The notes beneath the pieces are model-generated. The model ran no database searches, was not told where the DNA came from, and saw only the letters and a program-made list of their open reading frames with translations. DNA of 64,000 nucleotides from the NCBI GenBank assembly GCA_051453625.1, contig JBOZIK010000001.1:46943482-47007481 (forward strand), read 5' to 3'. Positions 23,470 through 37,949 of the stretch are shown piece after piece. Both the position numbers and the translations under genes were made by a program. This stretch comes from Welwitschia mirabilis. Its lineage: Eukaryota. Position 1 is the stretch's first letter; the number at the start of each line of letters is the position of its first letter.

Positions 23470-26400
23470 CCACTAAATTTTAAGTGATCTTTATTTATAA
23501 ATTACACCCATTAAAATGATAAATTTTAGCCTATGATTTTATGCTTCCTAAGACTTGATTAAACATTTAGTCTAGCTTTTGGTGATATAATATAGGACTT
23601 GGATACACTTGAAATCTTGGAAATGATAATCAACAACAAAAAAATTGAGAAACTTAAATCTCTAAATTCAAACCCTTGATCATGGTATCACTCTATCTAT
23701 ACTGTTACCCTTTAAGCCAATACATCTTTCAACTAGTAGTGTTGAATGAATGATGAATACATTTCATGATCTGTTGCATCAAATCCTAACTCAAGATAAT
23801 GGGTAGACTTTTGGATTATTCCATTTGATTTTAGAGCCTCAAGTTTAAAGATTTTCAACTATGGAACTTTTGAAATTTTACATTTGGTATAAAGCATCAA
23901 ATCTTTGAAGTTTACAATTGAAGAAATTTTTGACCTTTACAGTTAGCTCAAAATTTAACTCAAAGTTTTAAATTTAATTTAGTATTAGTCTACTAGGTAA
24001 TATTTATTTCATTGTAGGTTTTTTAAGATAAGAAGATAATCAAGTTTGGAATGAGGGCTAACTTAAAGTTTCGACTTTGCTAGTGTAAGCTAAATTTTTA
24101 GATTCACATCATAGTGGTTTGGTCTAAAATAGAACTTAAAGTTTAGCTTTGGATTAGTCTTGATCAACACAGTGATGTGGTTTCATGTAGGTACAAGAGT
24201 TTAAAGATAGATCTTTATATTTATCAAGTTGGCTTAAAATTTAACTTAAAATTTTAGCTTTAGTCAGTGCTATTCAACTGGATAAACTTAATTTCAAGGT
24301 TCATCTGATACTAATATCTTGTAATTGGTAGCTTTCATTTATTATTATTTCTTTTCAAAAAAAAATCTCTTTTTGCATTATTAAACATGATTTAAAAGTC
24401 TTTTTTTAATTAAAGTATCTTCAAGTTTTTACTAATCACTTAGCAATTAATGAGGATGATAAAGATTAGTGGGTCCCTGTAATGGAATGTAGCTTAGGGA
24501 AAACTAAACTAATCATAAATTAATTTGGAGTACTGACTTTTAATTGTACTTTGATTAGCTTGGAATTTCTTGATTCTTATCTTATTCTAAAATCATTGTT
24601 AACACTTGGCACACTTTAGCTATTGGATAGAATAAGTATGAAGTGTCTACATAATCCTTTACTTCAATACTAACATGTGCACTAGGTAAAGTAAAATGAA
24701 TCATACTTATCAATCATAATAATAATTCTTATGCTATAAATCTAATTCTTTCATGCTAATCATTCATTATTTTCCATATAAGCTTTTGAATTCCTTCAGT
24801 TAATCATTTTCCAATGTTTATTATCTTTTGTTAGTTAATCCTCATGCCTTTCACTCCTCCTCACTCTCACTTTACTATATTGGGTCTTAAAAAGGTAAAA
24901 TTTTGCCTATTCAATTTAGGTTACACATATATAGACATGTGTATTAGTAGTGTAGGACCCTGAGTTATTTCAAATTTTGGTTAGGTTGGAAAAAAGAGTG
25001 CAGTAATTCTTGTACTATGATTACAAGTTAACTACTAAGGTTTTAGATATCTTAGACCTTTTTATTACTGAGGCTAGAAAGGATTGTTTTAAAAATAGTG
25101 CCATCCCATTGAGTTTTAGTCCCATGATCCATCACTTGGTGGGAAAGTTCTTGAGGATGAAAAATAAAGAGCTTCATTAGTAATAAAATCATAAAGACTT
25201 AGCTTACAATGTTTTTTTAGGCTAGTTAGCTAAGCAGATGCAAGTATTAGAAAAGGTTTGATTACTTCAACGCAAAAACCCTATGCTTAGTCTTGCTACA
25301 TTAAGTGTTAATAAGAAGAACATAGAGAAAATAATACAAAACACTAAGCCTTATCAAAGCTTTTAACAAGTCCACCTAAAAGAGTTTAATATGCTATCTG
25401 AGTCTCTAAGTGAGATGCATTTACTAACCTTAATTGAGAATTTTGTGAGATCATCTTCTAAGACTAGGTATTCTAATAGTAAGAATAAATTCTTTGGATA
25501 CTTCAAGAATTAAGTTTATTTACTTGGTTGATTTATTTTCTTAGTAACTTGGGAATTTTTTTTTTCATTTTTGCAACATGATGTAATAAAATTTTTGACT
25601 TAATAAAGTTTTTAATTTTTTATTTCAAATAAAGTTATCTTATAACTATTCTTATTTTATTATGGGCACTTAAACTAAATAACTTATTAAATTATTAAGA
25701 TAATGTAAAATGATTTTAAAACTTTGAAGCTTTCTCTTCACTAAAATAACATTTAATATTTATACATGCCATTTAGTTAAAAATATTTGGATACACATTC
25801 CATCATAGACTAGAATATTTTTCTTCTTGTCTCTTTTTTTCTTTGATATATATGTGTGTGTATATATATATATCTTTTTTTTTTTTTTTGTGATAAGTTG
25901 TAATAGAGTTGTAGTTTTGGTAAGTAGCTATATGTTAGATGACTCTCGAAACACAAATGTTCCTCAACCTTGTATTTTTCATAACTTAATGAGGAGAGTG
26001 CAACCACTATCAAAGGAGTAAGAACCTATAGGATATAAGATTTTTATTTTTTTTTCTAATTGTTTTTTAATATCTAGATTGTAACCAACTAACGCCTTAG
26101 TGGAGTTCTCACAGCTACCATATTGCACTGTCAAAGACCCTTCTTAGGAATATTTGTTTTGGTGTACTTATAATAGAACATGGTGATGTTCTCTCTCTCT
26201 TTATATATATATATATAGCAGAAAGGTATTTTATCCCATGATGAAAAGTATCTCCTTAATATTATTAATAAATATAATGCACAGTCCCCTATTAAAGACT
26301 TACTAAGCCAGCTATTTGCTTTATAATCATTACATTTACCTTAAACAATCTAGTGAATTGGTAGTTTGAATGAGATTTAAAAAAATGAAATTTCCTTTAT

Positions 26401-29400
26401 TATCTAATCTAGAAACTTTTATTTTATAGATAGAGTGAAAGTATTCTTTTCAATCTATTATGGTTTCCTAAATAGTTAAGCATTAATTTATGATCATAGT
26501 ACATTCTTATTCTTTGCTCGTTAAGTTGATAGGTTATTTTTTCATTAGGATCATATACTTTTATGGCTTTATTCCCTCTAATTTTGTTTATGGTGTAGGA
26601 TCCCAACTAATTTTTTTCATATTTCTATTTTAAATGGATTTTATTAGGGTTATAGATTAATATAGAATTTCCTATATTAAAATTTATTTTCCTAATTCTA
26701 TTATCATGATATATTTTAGTTTTTGTTTGTATAAGTTTGTTATGTAAAAGAGCTTCTTTTCTATTTTCATCTAAAATATTCATGCTTTCTATACTTTTTT
26801 TTTATATGTATCTAAGTCACATTTTAATTCTTTATCCAATTTAAATGTTTTTATCTTAAATTCAATTAGAAAAATAGATCTTTTTCCATAGACTAACTCA
26901 TATGGAGTAAATCCTATGGTATGTTTCCAAGTTATTCTATAAGCCCATAGAGCTTCATTTAATTTATTAACCTAATATATTTTCTTATTATTTATAACTC
27001 TTGTTAATATTCTATTCAGTTCTCTATTAGTTACTTTAGCTTGGCAATTAGATTAAGGATGATAGGTAGTAGAGAGTTAATAGTGGATTCTGAATTTGGT
27101 CAAAAGTTTCTTAAAGACTTCACTAGTGAAATGAGTTTTTCTATTAGATATGATACCTCAGTGGGATCCAAACCAATAGATAATATTTTTAAGCAAAACG
27201 TTAACTACAATTTGGGAAGAATAATGAGTTACAGCCTCAGCCTTAGCCCATTTAATAAAGTAATTAATGCAAACAAAAATATGCCTTTTTTCAAAGGATG
27301 AGGAATTGATAGGTCTAATAAAATCTATTCCCCAAACATCAAAAGGTTTGATTGTCTGGATCCATTATTGTAGCATTTCTAACCTTTGGCTAAATGCACC
27401 TTCTCTTTGACACTTATCATAACCTTGGATATAAGAATTTAAATCTTTGAAGATAGTGGGTTAGTTGTATCCCATATAGAAAATTTTCATTCCTATTCTT
27501 CTTACACCATAATGTGCTCCTCCTTCTCCTTTATGAGCTTTCTTTAAGATCTCACTTTGTAGGTCTTCATCTATATATCTTCTAATAACATGATCTTTGC
27601 ATTTTTTAGATAATATCTTATCATGTCAAATACAATCTCTAGATTTCCTTAATAATATTTTTATTTCATAGTAATTTATAAAATATTGTAATCTTTTACT
27701 TATAAGAAAGTTGGCTATATCAGCATATCATGGATTTGTTGTTACCTAAAAATATGTTCATCTAGAAACTCATTCATTTAGAAATTCTAATCTTAAGAGG
27801 TAATCTTCTATTACATTCTCTATTCCTTCTTGTCAATAATTTTTAAGTCAAACTCCTACATTAATAGTTTCCATTTGATAATTCTCCAGTTTTCTTCTTT
27901 CTTATTTATCAAAAATTTAATAGTACTATGGTCAATCTAAACTTTAACTTTATAATCTAAAATATAATTCTTGAATTTTTTTCAATGCCATTACCACTGT
28001 TAATAACTCTTTCTTTATTACTATTTAACTTTATTGAGCTGGCTTGAAGTTCTTACTAATATAGGTAATGACATAAGATTTATTATCTTTATTTTTTATC
28101 CTAAACTACTCTAATAGCATGACTTGATGCATCAGTCATAATGTAAAATGGTCTTGCCCAATTTGGTCCTTACAAAATAGGTGTTGATAGAAGTTTATCC
28201 TTTAAGGTTTGGTAAGAATTTTAACATTCATCAGTCCAGCCATATTCCACATCCTTTTGTAAACGGTTACTTAAAGATTTAGTAATTTTACTAAAGTTGG
28301 ATATAAATCTTCTATAATATCCAACATATCCTAAGAAAGATCATAATTCTTTAGTTTGGTTAAGGGTGGGATAAATTTTATACTTTTAATTTTTTATTCA
28401 TTAATCTCAATCCCTTTTTGAGAGATCTTATGTCCTAGTACTATGCCTTCTTTCACCATAAGATAACTTTTTAATGTGCTAAGTCTAAGGTGTTTTTCTT
28501 CACATCTCTCTAAAATATTTTCTAGTCTATCAAGTGACTCCTCAAAATCATTTTCAAAAGTTGCAAAATCATCCATAAATACTTCAACCAATCTTCCTAT
28601 CATATCTTGAAAAATGCTATTTAGTAATCTTTGAAAAGTAATAGGAGCATTATACAGTTCAAAGATTCATATCTTATAAGCATAAGTAACCCAATGACAA
28701 ATGAATGTTGTTTTGATTTGGTCCTATAAAGTTATGAGGACCTAGTTATATCAATTATATCTATCTAAAAATATGTAGTAGTTATGTCTAGATACTTTTT
28801 TTAAACTTCATCTATAAATAGAAGGGGAAAATAATCCTTGTAAGTTACAATATTCAACATTCAAAGGTTTATACATACTCTTCATTTATTTTCTTTCTTT
28901 GGTACAACTATAATAGGACTAACCCATTCTGAATCAGATATAGAATAAATGAATCCCATGTCTAAGTGTTTGAAAATTTCTTACTTAATTATTTCCTACA
29001 CATGTGAATTACACCTTATTTCTAGTTATCTACTTAGTTTGATAGAGGTATCTATATAAATTCTGTGTTAGCATATTCTTGAATCTATTCCTTTAATATC
29101 TATATGATTTCAATCAAAGTATTCTTTATTTTTAATCAACATCCTTTTAAGTTTTTATTTCTGAGAATGAGTTAAATAACTATTTATGATTAGAGGTTTA
29201 TTAGAAGCTAGTTTTATAGACTCTACCTATTCTTGAAGCAAAGGATTTCCTATCTCTTTAGCTAGCAAATCTTCCTCCTCATATTTTTTCTCATTTTATT
29301 TATTTAACATTAAACTAACTTTCTATATTAGAATTGCATTAGTTCTACCTTCTGTGTTCTGCACCATCTCTTTGATAACTGCTACATCAGAAAGTTTGAT

Positions 29401-32100
29401 CTCTTTTTTAAAATCTTCTAGACTGATCTCTGTTATCCCTCTCTTAGAATAAATAGTAGCTTCTATAGTAGCCATCTAAGCTCTTCTTAAAATTACTACA
29501 TGGGTATCTCCTTAAGTCTTCATCACTAGTAAATCTATTAAGTAGATAAAACCTTACATTTCAATGGGTATATCTCTTAGAATTACTTCTAGTGTTATTG
29601 CTGAGCCATTTGCTAAGTATACTTTTCCTTGGTAAGGTGTTAATTTTAGCTTTCTTAATTATTCATAAGTTTCATAGGCCATAACATTGATACTTACTCC
29701 TAGATCCACAAGCTCTTCTACTTTGAGTTTTCCATTAATTTTTATATCTATTATAGGTGTTCTAGGGCTACAATACTTTTCATATTTTTTCTTTTGAAGA
29801 ATTTTCATGGAAGCCTAAGAAACTTGATCCTTCCTCCCAATTTTAATTTATTTTTCCTTCTTCCTTTTCTTTTTACTCTACTATTTTAAACATATGCTCT
29901 TCATTTGTTTCTAGTACATAGGCACAACTTTAAAAGAGGTAATGATATTTTCATGTCTTTTAAAATTCTCGTTAAGTATTTTATATCTTTTTCAATTTTT
30001 GAATGTTCTAGTTATATGCTTATTCTTGAAAAAGGTAAAGGATCTATTAAGGTATTATTTGCAATTTTTATTTCAATATCTTCCTTTTTATTCTCTACAG
30101 GGTTACTTAAATTAGTTTTCTTTCTTTGTGGTTCATATGTCACCTTCTAGTTCCCAAATCTAGTAGTTATTATTTTTCTAGGGTTTAATTAAGGTTAAAT
30201 AGGAATTTTTCCTTTTTTCCCCCTCTATTTTTGGTTTTTCTTTTATGTCCTTAGAGTCTTTATTTTTTTAATTCCTATAATAATTATATTTTTCTTTCCT
30301 TTTTAAATTAATGTACCTTTACCTTCCCATTTTCTACTTTGATAAGGATATGATTTCTTTCTAGTTTGAGGTTTATTCCTTAAATTTAAATCTAATCTAT
30401 TAATATAAATCCATTGAAAAAATTTTTACATTCAAGGATATTCTATTTCATCATAATTATCTTTCACACAATGTTCACATGTAGGTCCTTTTCCTCCTTA
30501 AAGTCTTGTACAGATAATCAATCAAATTTTTCTACCATGCTATTAGTCACTTTTTTAGCTACTCCTTCGATAAAATTAATATGTTTTAAACTATACTCCT
30601 TCGATAAGACTAATATGTTTTAAACTATAAATACTCCCATCTTTGTCTTGATGTTCCTCTACATAACAAGCCTAATTCCTTCAAAGTTTGACTCTGTAGT
30701 CCTCTAAGTAAAGCTCTAACTCATTCCCTAGAGGTGATTCCATGGTCACGACATTTACCTAACAATATATTATACCTATCCATTAATTTATTAAATATTT
30801 CATTATCTCTTTGTTTAATGTTTAAGATTTATTCCCTTAGATTTTTAACCATCCTCGTGGATTGAAATTTGATTAGGAAATAGTTTTAAGAGTTCCCTAT
30901 GAATTAAAGACATGACTAGGATTTCTATAATACTATATTTGAGCATCTCCTTTTAAGAAAAAATGAAAATATCTTAGAAAGTCATATTCTAGGTCGAGAT
31001 AATTAGCTTTACAAAAGACATCAAATAGGCTTAGATGTAATAAGGGTTATTCTAATTTTTTACCTTAAAAGTGGGTACTGATGTAGTATTTATGTCTCCA
31101 CTTTGTTTGATTGTTGTAAGGCTATAGGATTAATGGGACTTAAATGTTTTAGCCAATGGGTATCATGACTTAAAGGTCTCAAATCTCCATCATCTTCCTA
31201 ATAGCATCTTGTTATAACTTTCTTTTTAGCCTTTTTACCTGAACTGTTTGAGAAGATTCTCCTTGTGAGTGAGATGATGTAAGAATGATATGTAATTGTT
31301 TCTCAAATTTATTCATCAATTTGAGAAATATTTTTTCCTTCACTACCTTTTTAAGGGTAACTTCCTCCTTTGTAAAATATTCTTCTTCCACTTCTATTCT
31401 AACATTATTTCTAGTCTTCTCATGTAGACCATATTTATAAGGGTCTATAACATACTTGCCTCTTTTATCCCATTATTTTGTTTGGCTATCTTATTGAATC
31501 ATAGTTTTCATCATCTCTATTAGTTGACTTTAGAGCGATCCTCCTTCTAAAATCAAAATAATGGCTGCTTATGTGATGAATTAAATGTAAAAAATATTAT
31601 AAAATAATAGAAAACAATACTAGAAAAATGCAGAAACTATGTTACTATTAACTTAAAATAAGCTCACACCATTAAATAAAAATATTAAAGGCTTACTAAA
31701 GAACTAATTGAGATTTAACCATTTACTTCAAAATGCATCATCATGATTATATCATGATGAAGTTACTTAAACTAGTCAAGTCGATTTATTACCACTAAGT
31801 TGTTATGTACATATACTATAATAAGGAAAAATGAAGAAAGTAATAAAACATGCTAGAAATTATATGAGACACTAAATAATACTTATTTCTAAGTATTATT
31901 AGTTATTCTAATTTATGTTCAGCTACACAAATAGGAGCAAGTAGAAATAATATTACTTTTTCAAGTAATAGAACATGCACAAAAAAATACTTAAAATATG
32001 CTTTTCATCTTTATATTGAAATACTAATTATTACATAAAGATGTACTAAGGCTTGTATTTTTATTTTCAGGTAAAACCTTGAAGTATTGGAAATGCTACT
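23470..32100 (-). mobile_element. Athila-like (non-chromovirus) Ty3/gypsy element with truncated or decayed LTRs
   Basis: Order gag-PR-RT-RH-IN on the minus strand, long 3' non-coding region, possible decayed PBS at ~31540-31556; both ends uncertain. Confidence 0.7.
26424..31470 (-). pseudogene. Ty3/gypsy gag-pol (gag, PR, RT, RH, IN), decayed
   Basis: PR LVDLGVSINVM (~29690); RT VEVFMDDFATF and KEGIVLGHKISQKGIEI; RH FYIMTDASSHA; IN PFDVWGIDF and TYHP*SNCQAK. Confidence 0.92.
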
Positions 32101-32474
32101 GCACCCTTTGTATGATAGCTAAAGTTCCCTCTCTTGACCTTCTTGCTTAGTCTATTCTTAGAACTTTTTGCCAAAAAGATCCCTACCTTTGGCGGTAATC
32201 CCTTTCTTATACCTTTGTCTATTTTTTTTTTCCATCCTTTTCTCCTTATAAGTACATAGTTAAGGTTGTTACTACTTTTCTAACAACTTGGCCTTCTCTC
32301 TCATCTTCATGCCAAATGACATTCTGTATCTGAAACACAATAATAAAATATATACATGCTAACCTTCTAACATACTAACTAACCTAGTAATATAGTTGAG
32401 GTTGTTATTTAAAATGCATAATTATTATAATGAAAACATTTCATTAATATAGTTGAGGTTGTTATTTAACATTT

Positions 32475-32758
32475 ATCATCATCACTTCTTTTATTTAGCT
32501 ATTTTGGGAATTCTGAATTATCTGTAATACAATAGTTTCATTACAAAACTGAAGTGGCATTTAGTCTTTCTTTTCTGCTATTTTAAAACTTAATTTATAT
32601 GTCTATCATTGAGTCAATTACAAAAGAAGTTTTTCTAACATTTCATTATTATAATTTTCTCTTAGGTTAAGTTATATATTTATCTATCGAATGGTTTTAA
32701 ATTTTGCATGTGGGTGATTAGGCTTTCATAGTTTATTTAGGTTTTCTTAAAACCAATA
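32475..32758 (+). repeat. Copia LTR 3'-end fragment homologous to ~8330-8620
   Basis: Colinear, ending TTTAGGTTTTCTTAAAACCAATA in both copies; no PBS follows here. Confidence 0.8.
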
Positions 32759-33267
32759 CCTTCATATAAGGATTTATAAATAACTTAAATCAATACTTTT
32801 CAATAATATCCTAACATTTTTATAAAATTCTATAGTTAACCATCTATACGTAGCGCCTTGCCATTAGTCCTATTAAAGAAAACTACTTTTAACTCATCCT
32901 CTATAATATCTTTTTCTAAAATTCAATGATAGGTTTTTAAAAAATATCATTTGAGAAGAAAGAAACTAATAACAAAGGCATATGTCATAAGTTAGTAAAA
33001 ACATTAGATTTGTAAATTATTAGTATACATTTAATAGATAATTTTCTATAATTAATAACTATCTATTGATGTTTAGACTTTTAAAAAGGGATCAATTACT
33101 AAAAATCTATAACTAATTATTCATAGATATGGAATTAAATATGTTAGTTTGTCTTAAAGTAAATTCATAATAGATAAGAATAAATAAATTTATATTTCTA
33201 TAATTATGTATTTTAAGCTAATAAAGTAGAAAAATTATCAAAATGTTTAGACTTTATATGATAATAC

Positions 33268-36200
33268 TGTCATAATCTAAATTTTATACTTAATTTACAT
33301 CTTTGTTAAATAATTAACTAAGTACATAATTAATTAATTAATTAACATAGTGGATAAATTGGATTACAACTGAAGGACATACTCTCAACATAACACAGGA
33401 TACCTTTTAGGAGAACTATATGATATATCTCACTGAACTAACATCACATCCCATCTTAAGAACATTTAGACATCTCAATTTAGGAGCATATAATGTATAT
33501 GTCATAACATGAAACACAATAAAGGTATGTAAATCATGGTCAAGTGGTTAGTTGACCTACAGCAAGCAACCATGCTTACATATCCTCATCCAGAGGAACT
33601 TAGACCACATGTAGTTCTGTCTTAGACCTTATCTTAGTTTCCATCAATACACATAGCTATACAATGGGCTCATATTATCATATAAATGAGTAAATGAGCT
33701 AATGAAAAGCTATATCTAATTAATTAAAATATTCGTATAAAACCATAGAATACATTATATAACATATATCAATACAAAATATAGGAAACAACTAGTTAAG
33801 TATCCCATGGAGATCCTATCCAATCATCCATCGGTCATTACTACAAGGCCATGACCTCTCAAGTTACTATCAATAAGCTAGCTCAATTCATATGGGTTAT
33901 ATGAATTAATCTCATAGCATTACTATCTGAGCATGCCCTCCATTGAGCTATCGCATGACTCCGTCTCATGAAGATCATTCACATATATCATACCATCATT
34001 CTCAAATCGACTATACAATTGCCTCCTTCATGAGAGCCCACTTACCACTGGGAAAAACATGACCTATCAGTCACGGAGTTGATCTTTCACTAATCATCCA
34101 TCCATATTACATATCATAGATTGATCATATACATGATCCTCACTAGAGAGCACCCTCCTCTAGGCAAATTATGACTTACAATCATGAAGGTTGATCTCTA
34201 ATCATATATCACCCATACATATGCCTTCCTAGAAGATCGTCTTCCTTGAAGGCTAGGNNNNNNNNNNGGACATCTACACTGCTTCTGTTATAACCAATCA
34301 TACTAAATATATAAATAATATCTATTAGATAATAAATACCAAATATCTATGCCTGTATGCCCCTAAATCAAGATTAGGATTAATTAGGATCTAGTATAGG
34401 GGATTATTGACCAATGACACAAATAAAAATCTAAAACACAATCAACATATATATCATTTCTATATATAGATGTAATATGTTATATCATAATCAAATTCTA
34501 TTACTTAGAACTATCTTGATCATTATGATTATACCATAGATTATATCACCATCGTAGCTATTATTAAGCCATCACATATGCCATTAGGTCACTTGATCCA
34601 TGTTGTTAATAGTATTCAACTGATATTAGAATTATAGCCTAGTCATCAATATCATTATCATAAGTTAAGCATGTTTCCAATTAGATTACTAGTCAAATAT
34701 AATTTCTGTCTCAACAATTATTTTTGTCACTCCACTGCCTCACTTGGCACATCTATGGGTTATCATTCTCATTGCCACATTTGGTGCACCCGTGGGGTAT
34801 CGTCGTTGTATTGTAGTTATTCATGAATAAGGCTTATTACATTTCATCACTCATGAGGCTGTCATTAGATCTTAATTAAAACTTATTACACTTTCACTGT
34901 AGACTCTGGTTCTTAAATTAATCTGACTATGAATAAACATTTTGTGGATTATGGATCCACATAAGGATAGGCCCTCAGTACTATTATCTATCATCATTCC
35001 CCAGTGTTATTTAACTAATATCGTATTTTATAGGCCATTGAAATCATTATAAATCACTAATCATTGGCTGTCATCAATGTTTAAGTGGCTTATATTTGAT
35101 TTTCCATTCTATGTGGCTCTAAAGAAGATTAATTTAGCAAGTATAATACCATTCCTATTTAATTTGCATACCTTGATTATTATCACAGTTATGCCTTTAA
35201 ACCTATACTAACAATGTTAACTATAACACTATTAGAATATATGAAAGGATGTTATTGTATCATCATCAGTTTAGGTTATCATTTACTAATGTTATTTAGG
35301 CAAAGGTTTATTATTAACTATAATCTTTGCAATACTCATTTCACATGGACAAGACTAGGAGGACTAAGAATACTAATAATTGTTTTTGTATCTCCATACA
35401 TTTTTGTTATAGCTAATGCAATGGTCATTATGTCTAAATTATTTATATAATATCATTATCCTATACTATTATTAATGATCATATGGGGCTCATAATGTAG
35501 AGACTCATGAATTAGGTTTCCTTACATTATTATTATTCCAACTATGTCAATTAAACAAACTTGTCATAGTTAAAGGTTTAGCCCCAATTAAATATAAAGG
35601 TTGGCTATTGAGCCCTAATTAAATATAAAGGTTAGCTATTAAGTCTTAAAGCCCTATTTACCTTTTTATAACCTACCATTGTGTATTGTTACTTTTACCC
35701 TTTAATGCTCAAATTTTATCATCTCTTTTAATCACAACCCCTTGATTATTTTTATTCCATCTATATTATGTATTTTATGCTTTGTACATACCACATTTTT
35801 TAACCTCAAAATATAATTTAAGGAATTTCCTAATCCACATAAATCTTACTTATACATATTTTCTAAATCAATTGTTTGCAAATGACTAATAACATTTAAG
35901 TCATATTATTATTGCATGCTATTCATTCAAGATTATGTTTATATATGTATGTATGTATGTATGTGTGTATGTTTTTGCCTTATAATTCCACTAACTAAAA
36001 TAATTGGGAATGTAATTAATATTCCTCACCTTCATCAACCTAATACTACTTAACCTAATTAATCTAATTACTCTAATAAAGGTAAGCCTATATATGTTTT
36101 TGTAACTTTTTCTATTTATAACTTTTCAAGCTCTTAACCTTCTATCATGTCATGTATATACGTGTATTAGTTCTCCTACTAACTAATCCTTTCAATTCTA

Positions 36201-36300
36201 CTCTTTGTTTAATCCATTTAATATATAATTTTCTCTATGTAAAATCCTTAACATTATAGGGTTAAACCTATCTTATTATATCTTACCCCTTAATAGTCCT
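33268..36300 (-). mobile_element. Possible large chromovirus-type LTR or non-coding remnant
   Basis: TGTCATAATC start preceded by a heavily decayed iMet-PBS-like TATATGATAATA; CATAT/ATCAT-rich texture. Boundaries are guesses. Confidence 0.3.
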
Positions 36301-37949
36301 ATTTTCATCTTCTAACGGGTTTTCTCTTGTTTTGAATAAAGTATATAGATATAGATATATTTATATCTTTGTTTTATTTTATCTTCCTTTTTTAGGGCCA
36401 CCACTTGGCCCAATGAATACAAGCTGAGTGGGCCTTCTTTTTAAGCCCCACATATTATATACATTTTCATATAGATGTATATATTTTAAAAGAAAATTAT
36501 TTTTCCATCTCAACAAAGAAAAAGTAGAGTAAAAGAGACTCAAACCTATAACCTTACATTTCATAGCTTAAGAGCTTTACCACATTATTAAGGCACTAGA
36601 GATGTAAGCTTTTCTTCCACCCATATTTCATACAATTCAAGCTTTAGTTAATGCCCTTTTGTTGTGTACCTATATTTTCTCACAAAATTATAAAATTTTC
36701 ATGCGAGTAATGTTTTTTTTTTTTTTTTTTAAAAAAATTAAACAACAAGGCTGTTTTCCTCGTCTTTGTTTCAAAAATATTTTGTTGCATTCTTTCTCTA
36801 TTAAAAAGGCCCAACCTCCAATGTTTTATAATTTAGTTTCTACCACCATTATTACCCTTTTTTTAATATATATAAAAACTCCTTTTCAAAAATTCATATT
36901 AATCTAAAGTGACCCCTTCCCACATACCAACAATGACTTTCTTTAAAAGATTTATTTTTATATAACTATAGTTTTATGATAATTTATTAACTGAAAGTAA
37001 TTCAGTTTTCAAAGACCCTTTTTCCCACTTACCAGTGTAAGAAAAGCCATAGGCCAATGCATGCATGCCAATTCAACACCACTTGGCTTCACATGCATCA
37101 CCTTAATCCACTTGGTTTTATTTTCATCTTCTATGTATGTGTATTTTTTTTTTCTAGATTTACAAGCCGTTCATTTTTTTTCCCTCTTATTGAACAGACC
37201 CTGGCCTCCTTCTAATATGCCGTCAACCGCCCTCTCTCAGTCAATGTTTAAATTTGCTATAATCTAATGTAGTAGGTTGTCTTAAAATTATAATGTCATT
37301 ATGCATATGCTTAATCTTTGTACCAGAGTTGTTATAAGTCTCTTCCACCTTCTTGTATTTATGTGAACAATTTCTATCTTTATCAAAGGTAACAGAAAAA
37401 AGAATCTACTATAAACATTAACTCTAATGTAAGGGTTTTATATATTTCTCTTATTTCCATTTACCATTCTTGCTTAATGTCTTAGCTTCCAAAGATACAC
37501 ATTAAAATTACAAGTAATTCATCTCCCACCATTCATTTTGCATATCCCAAGTCAATGCCATTTGTTTTATGCCATTTTCTTCATAGACGTTACCTTGCAT
37601 TGACATCCTCCTCTAGCGACAATAGTAGATGAGTTTTATTTTGTTTTATGTTCTATTAAGTCATGGTTTTCTTGTGATTCTTCTTGTTTTAAGATTTCTA
37701 TAGGTGTAAATTTTATATAATTATTATTGTTTACTCACAACAATCTTGCACTATTGTTTTTCCTATTACATTTGCAAAGGTTGTTTCAATTTCCTTCACA
37801 AATAAGTGTGTTTTGGCTATGGGGAGAAAGACTTCTTACCAAGTTCTCATATGATTGTAACCATGTTTTGATCATTCCCTTTTTTTCTTATTTAATTCTT
37901 TGTTTAATCTTAAACACATGTTGCTAATGGGAAAATAACTAGGTGCTTA

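Noticed and set aside
26085-26115. Weak likeness of the shared block to 5S rRNA (AGAACTCC...AAG.CGT...TTGG), and of 12530 to U5 snRNA
   Set aside because: The matches are short, do not extend, and are not consistent between the two copies.
30557-35970. Small local duplications and microsatellites (30557-30630, 32388-32470, 35581-35645, 35941-35970)
   Set aside because: Ordinary slippage products with no sign of function.
35214-37927. Short hydrophobic ORFs as host genes
   Set aside because: F/L/I-rich products typical of AT-rich non-coding DNA; no recognisable domains or exon structure.
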